Source of the DNA: an uncultured virus (IMG/VR IMGVR_UViG_3300031240_000004)
Taxonomy: Duplodnaviria; Heunggongvirae; Uroviricota; Caudoviricetes
Length of the DNA: 64,000 bases
Direction: 5' to 3' (one strand)
IMG/VR virus record: IMGVR_UViG_3300031240_000004
Each line of letters begins with the position of its first letter. Positions within the stretch are counted from its first letter, which is position 1. Positions 40,831 to 51,543 of this stretch are shown here, one piece after another. The notes below the pieces were generated by a model, which was not told the DNA's origin, did no database searches, and saw only the letters and a list, made by a program, of their open reading frames with translations. The translations under genes were made by a program, and so were the position numbers.

Positions 40831-41490
40831 GTGACCGACCAGGCCACCCAGGAACGCACGCTCGGCATCGACGTGAACCATTACAACGGCGACGTCGATT
40901 GGGACGCGGTCGCTCGCTCGAACGTGCGGTTCGCCTACTGCAAGGCAACCGAGGCCGTGACCGCCGTCGATCCATCCTTCGAGGGACATTGGGCCGCGCT
41001 CGAGGCCACGCCGCTGCTCCGGGGGGCATATCACTTTGCCCGTCCAGGCGGGCGGGCGCTCGGCGCGCAGATGCAGGCCGAGCACTTCGCGTCGATCGTT
41101 GGCGATCTGACGGGCCCGCGCGTTCTCCCGCCGGCGCTCGACATCGAGGTCGATGGCGGCCAGACCCCGGGCGCGGTGGTCGAGTGGGTGCGCGAGTTCG
41201 TCTCACGTGCCGAGGCGCTGCTCAAGCGCGAGCTCGTCATCTACACCGGCCGCCTCTGGCGCGAGACGCTGGGCAACCCCGTCGTGCCCGAGCTCGGGAC
41301 GCGGATGCTCTGGACCGCACGCTACGGCGACCAGGAGCCGGTTGTTCCGCGCACCTGGTCGCGCTGGGACTTCTGGCAGTTCACCGACGGAGTCCACGGC
41401 GAGGTGCAGGCGATCCCGGGCGTGAAAGGCCCGTGCGATTGCGATCGCTTCCGCGGCAGCTTCGCCGAGCTTCAAGCGCTGACCCCTTGA
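40831..41490 (+). CDS. Endolysin, GH25 muramidase
   Basis: GIDVNHY, FAYCKATE, RGAYHF, ALDIE, LWTARY, FWQFT. Confidence 0.92.
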   Translation: MTDQATQERTLGIDVNHYNGDVDWDAVARSNVRFAYCKATEAVTAVDPSFEGHWAALEATPLLRGAYHFARPGGRALGAQMQAEHFASIVGDLTGPRVLPPALDIEVDGGQTPGAVVEWVREFVSRAEALLKRELVIYTGRLWRETLGNPVVPELGTRMLWTARYGDQEPVVPRTWSRWDFWQFTDGVHGEVQAIPGVKGPCDCDRFRGSFAELQALTP

Positions 41491-41503
41491 TGAAAGGTTC
41501 CAC

Positions 41504-41842
41504 ATGAAACCATCAGTTGGCCGAATCGTTCACTACATGCTCAACGAGACCGATGCCGAGCAGATCAACCGGCGCCGCACGTCGAGTCAGGAAATCTCGA
41601 CGCGCATTGAAGCCGAAAAGTGGCCGCTAGGAGCGCAGGCGCACATCGGCAATGCAGCGCGCGCTGGCGATGTATGCCCGATGCTGATCGTCCGCGTCTG
41701 GGGCAATGACGACGTCTCGGCCGTCCAGGGCCAGGTCTTCCTCGACGGCAATGACACGTTCTGGGCGACCAGCCGCACGCAGGTCGTCGAGGATTCAGTC
41801 GACAAGCAAGGCCACTGGTTCGCGCCCCCGAGGGTCGCGTGA
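41504..41842 (+). CDS. Conserved-type phage hypothetical protein
   Basis: MKPSVGRIVHY..QVFLDGNDTFW pattern common in phages. Confidence 0.55.
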   Translation: MKPSVGRIVHYMLNETDAEQINRRRTSSQEISTRIEAEKWPLGAQAHIGNAARAGDVCPMLIVRVWGNDDVSAVQGQVFLDGNDTFWATSRTQVVEDSVDKQGHWFAPPRVA

Positions 41843-42255
41843 AAGCCTCCGTCCGTCTTCTCGTCATCGGCGCGCTTCTCGGCGGCGGCTACCTCCTCGC
41901 CACGCTCGCGAGCTGCGCGACCACCTCGAAAGTCACCGCGCCGGTCATCGCCACGGTCAAGGACTGCGCCGACAAGGTCACGCACGCGGTGACCACGGGC
42001 ATCCTCGACGACGTGTCGGCGGTGCTGATCTGCGACGCAGGCAGCGCGGTCAACCTCCCGGCGTGCGTGATCGCTCAGCTGGCGACGATCGCCGCGAAGG
42101 CTGGCTGGGCGGCGGTGGACTGTGCGCTGCTCGAGATCCAAGCGAAGGCGTCGTCGAACTTCGCGGCGAGCTCGGACAGCACAGAGGCGCTCCGCATGCA
42201 CCGCGCAGCCGCGGCGATGGCTTGGCGCGACACGGCGGACGGCGGCGCGCTGTGA
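41839..42255 (+). CDS. Putative lipoprotein in lysis region
   Basis: Hydrophobic N-terminus ending LASC. Confidence 0.5.
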   Translation: MKASVRLLVIGALLGGGYLLATLASCATTSKVTAPVIATVKDCADKVTHAVTTGILDDVSAVLICDAGSAVNLPACVIAQLATIAAKAGWAAVDCALLEIQAKASSNFAASSDSTEALRMHRAAAAMAWRDTADGGAL

Positions 42256-42490
42256 AGGCGAAATTTACCGGGGTCTACGGTGCGATAGAGGCAGAAGGCA
42301 CGCCTGAAGAATTGGCCCGGTTTGCGGCGGCGCAGAATCAGCTGAGCACGCCATTCGTCTCCGGCTTCATTGTTCCGACGAGCGCGTGCGCACACGACTT
42401 CGACACGGTCAGTTCACTGCCGTCCTGCAGGAAATGCGGTGCGATCCGGCCGAGCTTCACGATTACGACTGCCGGCATGGCGACGAACCA

Positions 42491-43189
42491 ATGACCGTCG
42501 TAGCGATCGTCAATCGCTCGCCGGCTGACGACACCGATGTCGCGTTCTGGGCTGAGGCTTGCAACCAGCAGGCGCGCGAGATCGCGGCCGCACACGGCGC
42601 GCTCTACACGCCCGTCGTGTTCCTGTCATCGTCCGACAACCTCCCGGCCGATGCGCGCATTCTGACGATCCGCCCCGAGATCGACGCACCGGGCGCGCTT
42701 GGCTATCACGACGACCAAGGCGGCGCGATCTTCGCCGAGGTCAAGTACACCGGGCCCGACACATCGACGACCGTCTCGCACGAGATCTGCGAAGAGCTGC
42801 TCGACGCCACGTGCGACCTGTGGGCGCCGTTCGACGATGACCACGAACAGGCGCTTGAGGCCTGTGACCGCGTCGAAGGCGACAGCTATTCGCAGGACGC
42901 GACGGTCGCGGGCGAGACGCGCCCCGTGAAACTGAGCAACTACCTCCTGCCGTCGGCGTTCAAGCCGGGCAGCGTGGCGCCGTTCGACCGCATGGGGAAG
43001 CTCTTCACGTGGAACGACATGACCGCGGGCGGGTACGTGATCGTCCGCGACATCACCACGGGCAAGGTGAGCGATACGTTCGCGCGCCGCGCGGCCCCGC
43101 GCCTCCTCGCCGGCCCGGCTGCCGGTCGCGTGATCGCCGAGAAGCTCGGGAAGCGCGGCTCGCGGCTCTTGCGGAGGCTGCGGGGCTGA
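42491..43189 (+). CDS. Hypothetical protein with HExxExxD metallohydrolase-like motif
   Basis: ALGYH, VSHEICEELLD, EACDRVE. Confidence 0.5.
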   Translation: MTVVAIVNRSPADDTDVAFWAEACNQQAREIAAAHGALYTPVVFLSSSDNLPADARILTIRPEIDAPGALGYHDDQGGAIFAEVKYTGPDTSTTVSHEICEELLDATCDLWAPFDDDHEQALEACDRVEGDSYSQDATVAGETRPVKLSNYLLPSAFKPGSVAPFDRMGKLFTWNDMTAGGYVIVRDITTGKVSDTFARRAAPRLLAGPAAGRVIAEKLGKRGSRLLRRLRG

Positions 43190-43195
43190 CGCGCG

Positions 43196-43516
43196 ATGGG
43201 GATCGACCACCTGTTCGGCGACACGCCTCCGGGTGGTTCGCCCCCTGTCCCGCGCCTCACGCCAAGGTCGCCCGTGTCGATCAAGGAGCTGACCGGGATC
43301 CTCATCTTCTTCGGACTCGCTTACGGCGCCTACACGCAGATGTCGAAGTTCGCAGAGAAAACTGCGGTCGATCAGCTCGTTGTGACGCAGTGGCAGCAGC
43401 GTCTTGAGAACCAGCACAACTTCGATCTGATCAACGGGAAGGTCGACAAGCTCATAGAAGCGCAGAAGGCGGAATCAGAACAGCGCGCCGCCGAAGCACG
43501 AAGAGGGAAACGCTGA
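43196..43516 (+). CDS. Single-pass membrane protein with coiled coil (lysis accessory candidate)
   Basis: One hydrophobic segment followed by a charged helix. Confidence 0.45.
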   Translation: MGIDHLFGDTPPGGSPPVPRLTPRSPVSIKELTGILIFFGLAYGAYTQMSKFAEKTAVDQLVVTQWQQRLENQHNFDLINGKVDKLIEAQKAESEQRAAEARRGKR

Positions 43517-43802
43517 TCCATTACGGCCCATCGAAGGTGAAGGACCGATGCCCCATTTCAACAACGGAGAACACGATGCCGACATCACTGCAGTTGAAAC
43601 CCCGCATGCAATCCTCCAACGAGTCGTTGGGCACATGGTCGGGGTTGCAGAGAGCATCAAAAAAGCTACACCTCGTCTCATCCAGCTTCGAGCAGCTGAC
43701 CGAGAGCATCTTGCTTTCGCACTCGCAGATGAGTGCGACGAACTCAGAGACGCGCTCGACGACCTCGCGAATGCTTTCCGTCATATCGGGCGTGAGGGCT
43801 GA

Positions 43803-44078
43803 GTGATGAACGCGAACATGAAGGCAATCTGGACCAGTCGAGCGCTGACCGCCTTTGCGGCTATGTCCGGCATCGCGAGCGCGGTTCTCGCGGTGTTCGC
43901 CGGCCTGGGCGATGTCGTGAAGTCGCTCGAAGGCGCCGGCTTGGTGCCCAACAAGTACCTCGGGATCGCGTCGGCCCTCGCGGCGCTCGGAGTGATCGCC
44001 GCGAAGTACTCGAAGACGCCGTCGCAGGCGATCGCGGCAGCCGTTCCGCCCGGTCAGGCTGCCGCGCCGCCGCCGTGA
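43803..44078 (+). CDS. Holin candidate
   Basis: 91 aa, two hydrophobic segments, lysis region. Confidence 0.5.
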   Translation: MMNANMKAIWTSRALTAFAAMSGIASAVLAVFAGLGDVVKSLEGAGLVPNKYLGIASALAALGVIAAKYSKTPSQAIAAAVPPGQAAAPPP

Positions 44079-44836
44079 AGCGCATCCGCCGCGCGAACCG
44101 CACCGGGTCCGTTGTCTTCTCCGGCCGTCATCGCTGGATCTATACGACGCCATCCGGCGTCACCCGCACCGGGTTTGCCACGCGCGAGGAAGCGGAGGCC
44201 GCCCTCGAGCAAGCGCGGGTCGTCGGCGCGCCCCCTGACGCCAGGTTCAGATATGGGCGTCCCCTCCGCCCGGGCATCGCGATCACGCCGGCCGACATCA
44301 AGTGGGCACAGCGTCACGTCTCATCGGCTGCCCGGAAGCACCCGCACCTCGCAGACGACATCCGCGCCGAGGCCGTCTTCGCCCTGTGGCTGGCGGCGCT
44401 CGACTATCGAGCCGACGGCGGAGTGTCGAGCCTGCGCAGCTTCGCGAAGGCGCGCGTGTGGGGCAGCGCGATCGACTTCCTACGCACGCAAAACCGAAGC
44501 GTCCGCAACGCCGTGAAGCGCAAGCACCCAGAGCAGCAGACCGCCGCGCGAATCGTTGTGCTCGATGAGGTCCGATGGGAGCGCGTGCCGGCGATAGACG
44601 AGCCCCTCGATGATCTTCTAGACGCTCGTCGGAGCCGTGAGCAACTCGTCAGGATGATCGGAGGCCTGCGCGAGCGCGACGCCGCGATGGTGAGAATGCA
44701 CGTCTTCGACGAGCTGCAACTAAAGGAGATAGCCCGCGCCTACGGACTCACGGAATCGCGCGTGTCTCAGATCGTGAGCAGAGCGCTGGCGAAGCTCGCG
44801 GGGAAGAAAGTTTCCCTCAAACGGATCGCCGCATGA
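44075..44836 (+). CDS. Sigma-70-family (FliA/WhiG-like) RNA polymerase sigma factor
   Basis: Region 2 FAKARVWGSAIDFLR; region 4 LRERDAAMV..LQLKEIARAYGLTESRVSQIVSRALAKL. Confidence 0.85.
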   Translation: MKRIRRANRTGSVVFSGRHRWIYTTPSGVTRTGFATREEAEAALEQARVVGAPPDARFRYGRPLRPGIAITPADIKWAQRHVSSAARKHPHLADDIRAEAVFALWLAALDYRADGGVSSLRSFAKARVWGSAIDFLRTQNRSVRNAVKRKHPEQQTAARIVVLDEVRWERVPAIDEPLDDLLDARRSREQLVRMIGGLRERDAAMVRMHVFDELQLKEIARAYGLTESRVSQIVSRALAKLAGKKVSLKRIAA

Positions 44837-44898
44837 GAACTCGCGGCGGCGACAACATGACCAATCATAGCCAGCCCACCATAAACAGCGGCGTCTTC

Positions 44899-45020
44899 GC
44901 GTCATACATGCCGAGTTCGATGCTACCACCGGCAGCACGGAGACGCGCGTTCCACATCGCGTACTGGCGATCCATGCGACGTCGCGCCCGGTATCGGCGT
45001 CGCCGCGCGTGCTTGCTCAT
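44899..45020. repeat. 122-bp exact direct repeat, copy 1
   Basis: Identical to 45299-45420 by base-by-base reading. Confidence 0.95.
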
Positions 45021-45298
45021 GGCGCTCCTCCGCCGAACTCCATGACCATGATCCGCTTCTCGCGTGCCATCACATCGGACCAAACGACCGCCGGTTCTTC
45101 GCCTGCCGCGATCCGCCGCTTGATCTCTTCCCATCCTTCGTTCGAGGGTTGACCGCTGATGAGCATGGCGCGCCCCGGCGGGCACGCCTCAGATGCGACG
45201 ATGCGGATGGGGAGAGCGCTCATCGTTTCCCCGCGTTCTCTTCGATCCGCGCCACCTCGGCATCCACGGCCCTCCGTATAAGTGCGCTCAGGTTCGGG

Positions 45299-45420
45299 GC
45301 GTCATACATGCCGAGTTCGATGCTACCACCGGCAGCACGGAGACGCGCGTTCCACATCGCGTACTGGCGATCCATGCGACGTCGCGCCCGGTATCGGCGT
45401 CGCCGCGCGTGCTTGCTCAT
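45299..45420. repeat. 122-bp exact direct repeat, copy 2
   Basis: Identical to 44899-45020. Confidence 0.95.
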
Positions 45421-46067
45421 CGCTGGCCTCGTTTCCGCTGAGCCCGCTCGATGTCGTTCCGCGGTTCCGACTCGGGCAGCAGGTTGCCATCCTTGTCCAG
45501 CACACCGCCGGGCGGTGGCCATTGCCACATGCGATTCATGACCACGCCCATCGCATCGTTGATCTCGCGCTCCAGCGCACTCCACGGGTCATCGGACGCG
45601 AGCGAGCGACCGAATTCATCAAGTAGGCTCATCGTGCCTCCTCAATCGTCGTCACGTCGCAGAACTCGCACTTCCCGCCGATGAGCCGGCCGCCGAACGA
45701 GCGCGTTCTTCGCAGCGACGGTGCCATGTAGGAAAGATAACATCGTGCTCCGCTCTCCAGCGAGGCACGCCCGCGGCTACCGCCTGATCGATCTCGTGCT
45801 TGCTAGCAGCAAGCGTCGCGATTCTCCATTCATGGTCTTCGATCGCATGCCGCAAGTCCGCGATGAACGCGTCGCCGTCCGCCGTCTCGTCGTCGCTTCG
45901 CCACGTTAGCGATTCGGTCTCGGCCATCACGTACCATCCCCGCTTTGCGTACTGGATATCGGCGTATCTGGGAAGCAAGGATCGTAGCTCATCAAGACGC
46001 TCGGACGGCAGACGGACGAAGGCGATGCAGTGAGACGAGTACTCCTGGCCGTTATCCAGGATGACGA

Positions 46068-46316
46068 TCACCGCCGACCGCCCTTCTTCTCGACCCGCCG
46101 ATTCTCGGCCGCGTCGACCGGGCGGCCCATGTGAAAGGCGGGCACGGGGCGCGACGGCGCTCCTCTGGCGGCCCTGAGCGCGATCTTACGAATCCACGTG
46201 CTGGTCTTCCTCTCGTCGTCGGCATCGCGAGCCGCCTCGACAACAGCGAATTCCGACGGTGTGAAGCTGATCTTAACGTGAACGGTAGCAAGTTCGGTTT
46301 CGGTCGCCTTGGACAT
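46068..46316 (-). CDS. Small ribbon-helix-helix-like regulator (repressor candidate)
   Basis: VHVKISFTPSEFAVVEAA..STWIRKIAL; first gene of the leftward unit. Confidence 0.5.
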   Translation of the reverse strand: MSKATETELATVHVKISFTPSEFAVVEAARDADDERKTSTWIRKIALRAARGAPSRPVPAFHMGRPVDAAENRRVEKKGGRR

Positions 46317-46324
46317 AACATTAA

Positions 46325-46433
46325 GGGTTACAGGGTTCCTGCAGGTTCGTCAAGGTGACGAATCGGGCCATCGCAAGAAAGTTCGTGAAAGTGAAAAATA
46401 GTTCTTGAAAGTGCAGAGCCGGGAGCGTAGTCT
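46325..46433. promoter_or_regulatory. Divergent sigma70-type promoters (switch region)
   Basis: Leftward TTGACG-N17-TAACCC (46353-46325); rightward TTGAAA-N17-TAGTCT (46405-46433); direct repeat GTTC(G/T)TGAAAGTG; AT-rich. Confidence 0.65.
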
Positions 46434-49341
46434 AATTTTCATGCCCAACGACATCGCCTCTCCCGACTGCGACCACGCTGGCTACACCGGCTGCACCTCG
46501 TGCGGCTGCTCCGAGTGCGGCGCGCTGAATACCGGCACCCTCGGCCCCCTGACGCTCCCCTCGGGCAAGATCGTGCAGGCGTGCGCGGGGTGCCGGGGTG
46601 TGGTGGAGGCGGTGGACGAGGAGGTCACCGAGAAGACGGTGCGCGCTGCCTACGAGCCCATTGGGGCGGCGGGGCTCGGCGACGTGCGGGCTGAGCGTAA
46701 GGCGGCGTCGGCGTAACATGGCGCCCATGGCGACATCCAAGACGGGCCTTCCGCTCTGCCCGACGTGCGACCGGCTTGAGTCGCAACACACCAATCCGCT
46801 CGCCCACAGGTTCGGCGAGCCGTGGCGACACCCTCAGTGCTCGGCGTGCGGCAACCGAAACGACACGAGAGGAGACGCGATGGCGACTGACGACGAAGAC
46901 CGCATCCCCGGCGATTCACCCCGCGCGCGGTACCGACGCGACTCGATGTTTCATGCGCTCGTTGACCAGCTGCGCACGTACATCGCCCGGGCCATGTACA
47001 CGCCCTCGGAACTGCGCGAGGCGGTCATCTTGGCCGCGATCTTGGAAGAAGAGCGCCGGTCACCGGCTGACTTCGTGCCGACCACTTGCCAGCGCTGCGG
47101 AAAGATCGGCGGTCGGGTCGTTTCGTACCGGCTTCGCGGCCTTCGATTCGCGCAGTGGGAATGCCCTCACTGCCCGATCGGTCCGATGCCCGAAGGAGCG
47201 ACGCCGGAGAACGAGTAGATAGCGGCCCCCGCCGACGTTGGAGCGTCGACGGGAGCCAGGAACCGCGAGCAGCTCGCGCCGCCCCGACCCCCAACACGTC
47301 GGACGTTGGCGCAGCTGCTCCTCGAAAACAAGAGGAGATCCGCCATGCCCGACATTGAGCACGCTGCCCGTCCGCCTGTCATTCCGCCCACCGGGGCCGC
47401 CCGCATCCTCACCGACGCGGTCAACGCCGCCCACGCCCGCGGCCTGACCGTCACGACCGCCCGCGACCTGGGCGTCGTCTGCCCGTCCATCGTGGACCCG
47501 TCTTGGGAGATAGACCCGCGCGCATCCGCGGTGTCTGTGCTCGGCGCGGTCCTACTCGACCGACAACCGCCGATCGTCGACATCGACCACGCCCTGGCCT
47601 ACGTGTTCGGCACCCGCCCCGAGTTCCACGAGGGCATCGAGTGGGGCGCGGCGGGCAAGCCGGCGCCCGAGACAGCGGACCGGCTTTTTGCCGACGGGTA
47701 TTTTCTCGGCGTCCAGATGCGGACGCTGGTCGCGACGGTCCCCTGCGGCGTCCACCTCACGCGCTATCTCCGCGGCGAGCGGTGCCCGCGGTGCGTCGGC
47801 GCCCCGGTCGAGAGCTCGCCCACCGAGACGACGCGCCCCCTGGACCTCGAGACGCCACGGTCTCTCATCGCGGGACTGCTGGCCAGCCTGACCCCGGCGC
47901 AGGTGCTCGAGGCAGTGGCCGACGACTTCCGCGTGCGCCGCGCCGGCCCGGTGACGTCACGGGAGGCCATCGACCTCGACCAGGCCGAGGCGCTGCTGCG
48001 CGAGCTGGCGGTCGACTTCGAGCTGCCCGACGGCGAGGAGGGCTGAGGTGACGCGCGCTGGGCGGGTGGCCGAGGTGGTCTTCTGGTGGGCATGCGCGAC
48101 CGCCCTGGTGGTCCTGGCGCTCACCTCGGACACGCTGGCGCAGCTGGTCACGGCGTCGGGGGTATGCCGGTGATGGCCGCGCGGTCGCCAGAGGAGCGGA
48201 TGGGGGCGTTTGCGGCGGCGCTCGACGAGCCGGACATCCTCATCACCGAGGACGTCGAGGAGACGACCGCCCTCACGCCGCCCGCGCAGCTCCTCGAGCT
48301 GGCGGCCGTCACGCGCACAGGCGTCACGCCGCCGCCGGCCCCGCTTCCGCTGGGGGCGGAGGCACGCGACCACGCGGACCGGGTGAGGTTCGTCCTGCTC
48401 TGGCACTCGGGGATGTCGCAGGACGCAGCCGACGACGTTCTCAAGCGCGCGCACGGGTTGATGCCGCGGGTGCGCAGGTGAGTATCTTGCGTCCATTGTC
48501 GAGACGTTCGCGTCTCAAGCGCCAACCCGTCGTGCTGCCAGATGGCGAGGCTAGCGAAGTGACTCCGCTTCACCACGAGCACGCGGTGGTCGTCGCGCTT
48601 TCGAACGCATGGCACGAGCGCGACCCGCAGCTCTGGTACGTGGGATTGGAGCTCTCGAAGGCTCTCGACCGGACGTTGTTGGCCTGCATCTACGCGCGCT
48701 TGAGGGAGGTCCGTGACGACGTAGCCAGGGAGGCATTCGCGCGCCGAGTTTCGATCGGCGAGGTCGCGCGCGAGCGGTTGGCCGCGGTGCGCGAAACGAA
48801 AGAGGTCGAACGCAACCCTTCGCAAGTGCCCGCGATTGTTGGGGAGAAAATGAGCCTCGGCGGCGCCGACGGAATATCGGGGCCGTCATGAGCCGCCAAA
48901 CGATTCCGCCCGAGGCCCGCGAGCGCCTGGAGCGCGTCCTGAAGCAGCTCCGCGGCGCAAAGGGAATGGCCGAAGGGCTGACGGCCCAGGAGAAGGACAA
49001 GCGGGATCACTACCCGCTGCTGAGCGGCGTCTACGGAATGACGATCGAGCTTGCCGCGAACGACCTCGAGCAGGTGCTCGAAGGATACGCGCCGCGTCCC
49101 CGCGCGAAGAAGGGAGCGCGCACATGACCACCAAAGACACGGCCCTAGCCCTCCGCCTCATCGAGGGCGAGCTCGGCGATATCCCCGAGGCCGGGCGCGA
49201 GGCGGTCGCTGACCGCGTGCTCGGCGCTTTGTATGGCCGCTTCATGTTTTTGCCTCGGCCGACCGCGACGGAAGACGCACAGGCGCGCGCCGAGCTGGCG
49301 GCGCTGGAGATACCGGGGCTGTTCTCGAAAGGAGCGGCGTC

Positions 49342-50238
49342 GTGAGCGGTCTGATTCATACCGCCCCAACGCCAGGTCTCCATCCGAACATCCCGCACGA
49401 GATCTATCACGCCGACCCGTGTCCGATGCCGTCGCTCTCGGCGTCGATCGCCAAGCGCTTGATCGCCGATTCTCCTCTCCATGCCTGGAACGCTCACCCT
49501 CGACTCGGCAACGGCGAGCGCGAGGAGTCGACCACCGCGCAGGACAACGGAACGCTGATTGACCGCCTGATCTTCGATTCGGGCCCCGCGATCGTCGAGG
49601 TCAACGCCGACAACTGGCGCACGAAGGCGGCGCAAGAACAGCGTGACGCCGCGCTGGAGGCCGGTCACATCCCAGTCCTGACGCGCGTCCTTGCCGAGGC
49701 GCTGATCACCGCAACCAAGGTCGTCAACCGACTCGGCGAGCGCGGGATCAAGCTCAGCGGCCAAAGCCAGGTCACGGCGATCTGGCAGAAGAACGACATC
49801 TGGTGCCGCGGGCGCTTCGACCACTGGGTCGAGAAGACGGCGACGATCTATGACTTGAAGTGGGTCAAGTCGGCGCACCCCGACGACATCGCGAAGCACA
49901 TGGTCACCTACGGCGTCGACATCCAGTCGGCCGCCTACGTCGAGGCCGTCGAGACGCTTCGCCCCGAGCTGGCCGGCCGCGTGAAGTTTCAGCCGCTCTT
50001 CATCGAGAACGGACCGGTGCTCGCGATGTGCATCCGCCCGATCGCCGGGACGATGCGCGAACTCGGTCAACGCAAGTGGCACCGAGCCTGTGAGAAGTGG
50101 GCGCGCTGCCTCGCCACTAATGATTGGCCCGACTACGGCGACAACGGACAGATCGAGGCGCCCGAGTGGGCATTGACCGCCGACATGAATCAGCAACTCG
50201 CAGCCATGGAGAACAGCAATGCCACAGCCCCGTTCTGA
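49342..50238 (+). CDS. RecE-like PD-(D/E)XK exonuclease
   Basis: YHADP..SLSAS, CRGRFD, IYDLK, YGVDIQSAAY. Confidence 0.85.
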   Translation: MSGLIHTAPTPGLHPNIPHEIYHADPCPMPSLSASIAKRLIADSPLHAWNAHPRLGNGEREESTTAQDNGTLIDRLIFDSGPAIVEVNADNWRTKAAQEQRDAALEAGHIPVLTRVLAEALITATKVVNRLGERGIKLSGQSQVTAIWQKNDIWCRGRFDHWVEKTATIYDLKWVKSAHPDDIAKHMVTYGVDIQSAAYVEAVETLRPELAGRVKFQPLFIENGPVLAMCIRPIAGTMRELGQRKWHRACEKWARCLATNDWPDYGDNGQIEAPEWALTADMNQQLAAMENSNATAPF

Positions 50239-51292
50239 GAAACGAACCTTCGAGGACGCGCCGGCAGTCCGCAAGAGCGTACCGCTCCTGATCGGCTTGA
50301 ACGGCCCGTCGAGCAGCGGCAAGACCTATTCGGCGCTGCGGCTGGCGACCGGAATTCAACGCGCTGCCGGCGGCGAGATCTGGTTCATCGACACCGAGGC
50401 GTCCAGATCGCTGCACTACGCGGACAAGTTCAAGTTCCGTCATGTGCCGTTCGGCGCCCCGTTCGGACCGAGCGACTACCTCGCGGCGATCGAACACTGC
50501 GTGACGAAGGGCGCGAAGACGATCGTCATCGACAGCGCGAGCCATCTGCACGAGGGACCCGGCGGCGTGCTCGAGATGCACGAAGCCGAGTTGCAACGGC
50601 TCGGCGGCGGGCAAGCCGTGAACTTCCTGGCGTGGGCGAAGCCGAAAGCCGAGTTGCGCCGATTCATCAACTCGGTGTTGCAGATGCACGTCAACCTGAT
50701 CTTCTGCTTCCGAGCCAAGGAGAAGATCAAGATCGAGAAGGGCAAGGACCCGAAGGCGATGGGCTTCATGCCGATCGCGTCGGAAGAGTTCATGTATGAG
50801 ATGACGCTCAACGTCCTGCTCTACCCGTCGTCGGGCGGGGTACCGACCTGGAAGTCTGGCGAACTGGGCGAACGAGCGGTCATCAAGCTGCCCGAACAGT
50901 TCCGCAAGATCTTCAGCGCCGAGTCTCCTCTAGACGAGGAGACCGGCGAGAAGCTCGCGCAATGGGCCGCCGGCGGGGCGGCGCCGAAAGCGGCGGTCGA
51001 TCCGCGGCTCGCGAAGGACCGTGGGGCTTGGTTGACCGCCTTGCTCAAGAAGGGGATCAGCGAGGACCGTGTGCTAGCGGCGCTCGGCCGCGCCACCGTC
51101 GACGACATCGACGCGCGCGACCTGAAGACGCTGCACGAGCACATCGCAGCCCTGAAGGCGAAGACCGCCGCCGTGGAATCCCTGTTCCCAGAGGTGTCGA
51201 CGGCGCCGCCCGACGACGATGACGACGAAACACCGCAACCTAACGGACAAGATCGCGGTGATGAGCCGAGCGCGGAGGAGATGGGCGCGTGA
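50219..51292 (+). CDS. AAA ATPase, Sak4-like recombination protein
   Basis: GPSSSGKTYSAL, IDTE, IVIDSASH; adjacent to the exonuclease. Confidence 0.85.
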   Translation: MPQPRSEKRTFEDAPAVRKSVPLLIGLNGPSSSGKTYSALRLATGIQRAAGGEIWFIDTEASRSLHYADKFKFRHVPFGAPFGPSDYLAAIEHCVTKGAKTIVIDSASHLHEGPGGVLEMHEAELQRLGGGQAVNFLAWAKPKAELRRFINSVLQMHVNLIFCFRAKEKIKIEKGKDPKAMGFMPIASEEFMYEMTLNVLLYPSSGGVPTWKSGELGERAVIKLPEQFRKIFSAESPLDEETGEKLAQWAAGGAAPKAAVDPRLAKDRGAWLTALLKKGISEDRVLAALGRATVDDIDARDLKTLHEHIAALKAKTAAVESLFPEVSTAPPDDDDDETPQPNGQDRGDEPSAEEMGA

Positions 51293-51543
51293 CCACCGTC
51301 GAGCCAGTTTACGCCCGCATCGGTGAGCGAATCCGTGTTCTCCGGGAGATGCGCGGCGAGACACAGGAACAACTCGGAGCACTCCTCGACGTCACGAGGG
51401 CGTGTGTCTCGAACATCGAGAAGGGGCGCCAACGCATTTACGTTCACCAGCTCACGATGTTAGCCGAGCACTTCCACGTGCAACTTCGAATGCTCGCATG
51501 CTTCGATTACGACGGGCGCGGAAAGTCGCGGAGGTCGAACTAA
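51289..51543 (+). CDS. XRE-family HTH regulator
   Basis: IRVLREMRGETQEQLG..VTRACVSNIEKG. Confidence 0.85.
   Translation: MTTVEPVYARIGERIRVLREMRGETQEQLGALLDVTRACVSNIEKGRQRIYVHQLTMLAEHFHVQLRMLACFDYDGRGKSRRSN

Noticed and set aside
44899..45420. Duplication as a diversity-generating retroelement template/variable pair
   Set aside because: Copies are identical with no adenine-specific differences, and no reverse transcriptase is seen in the window
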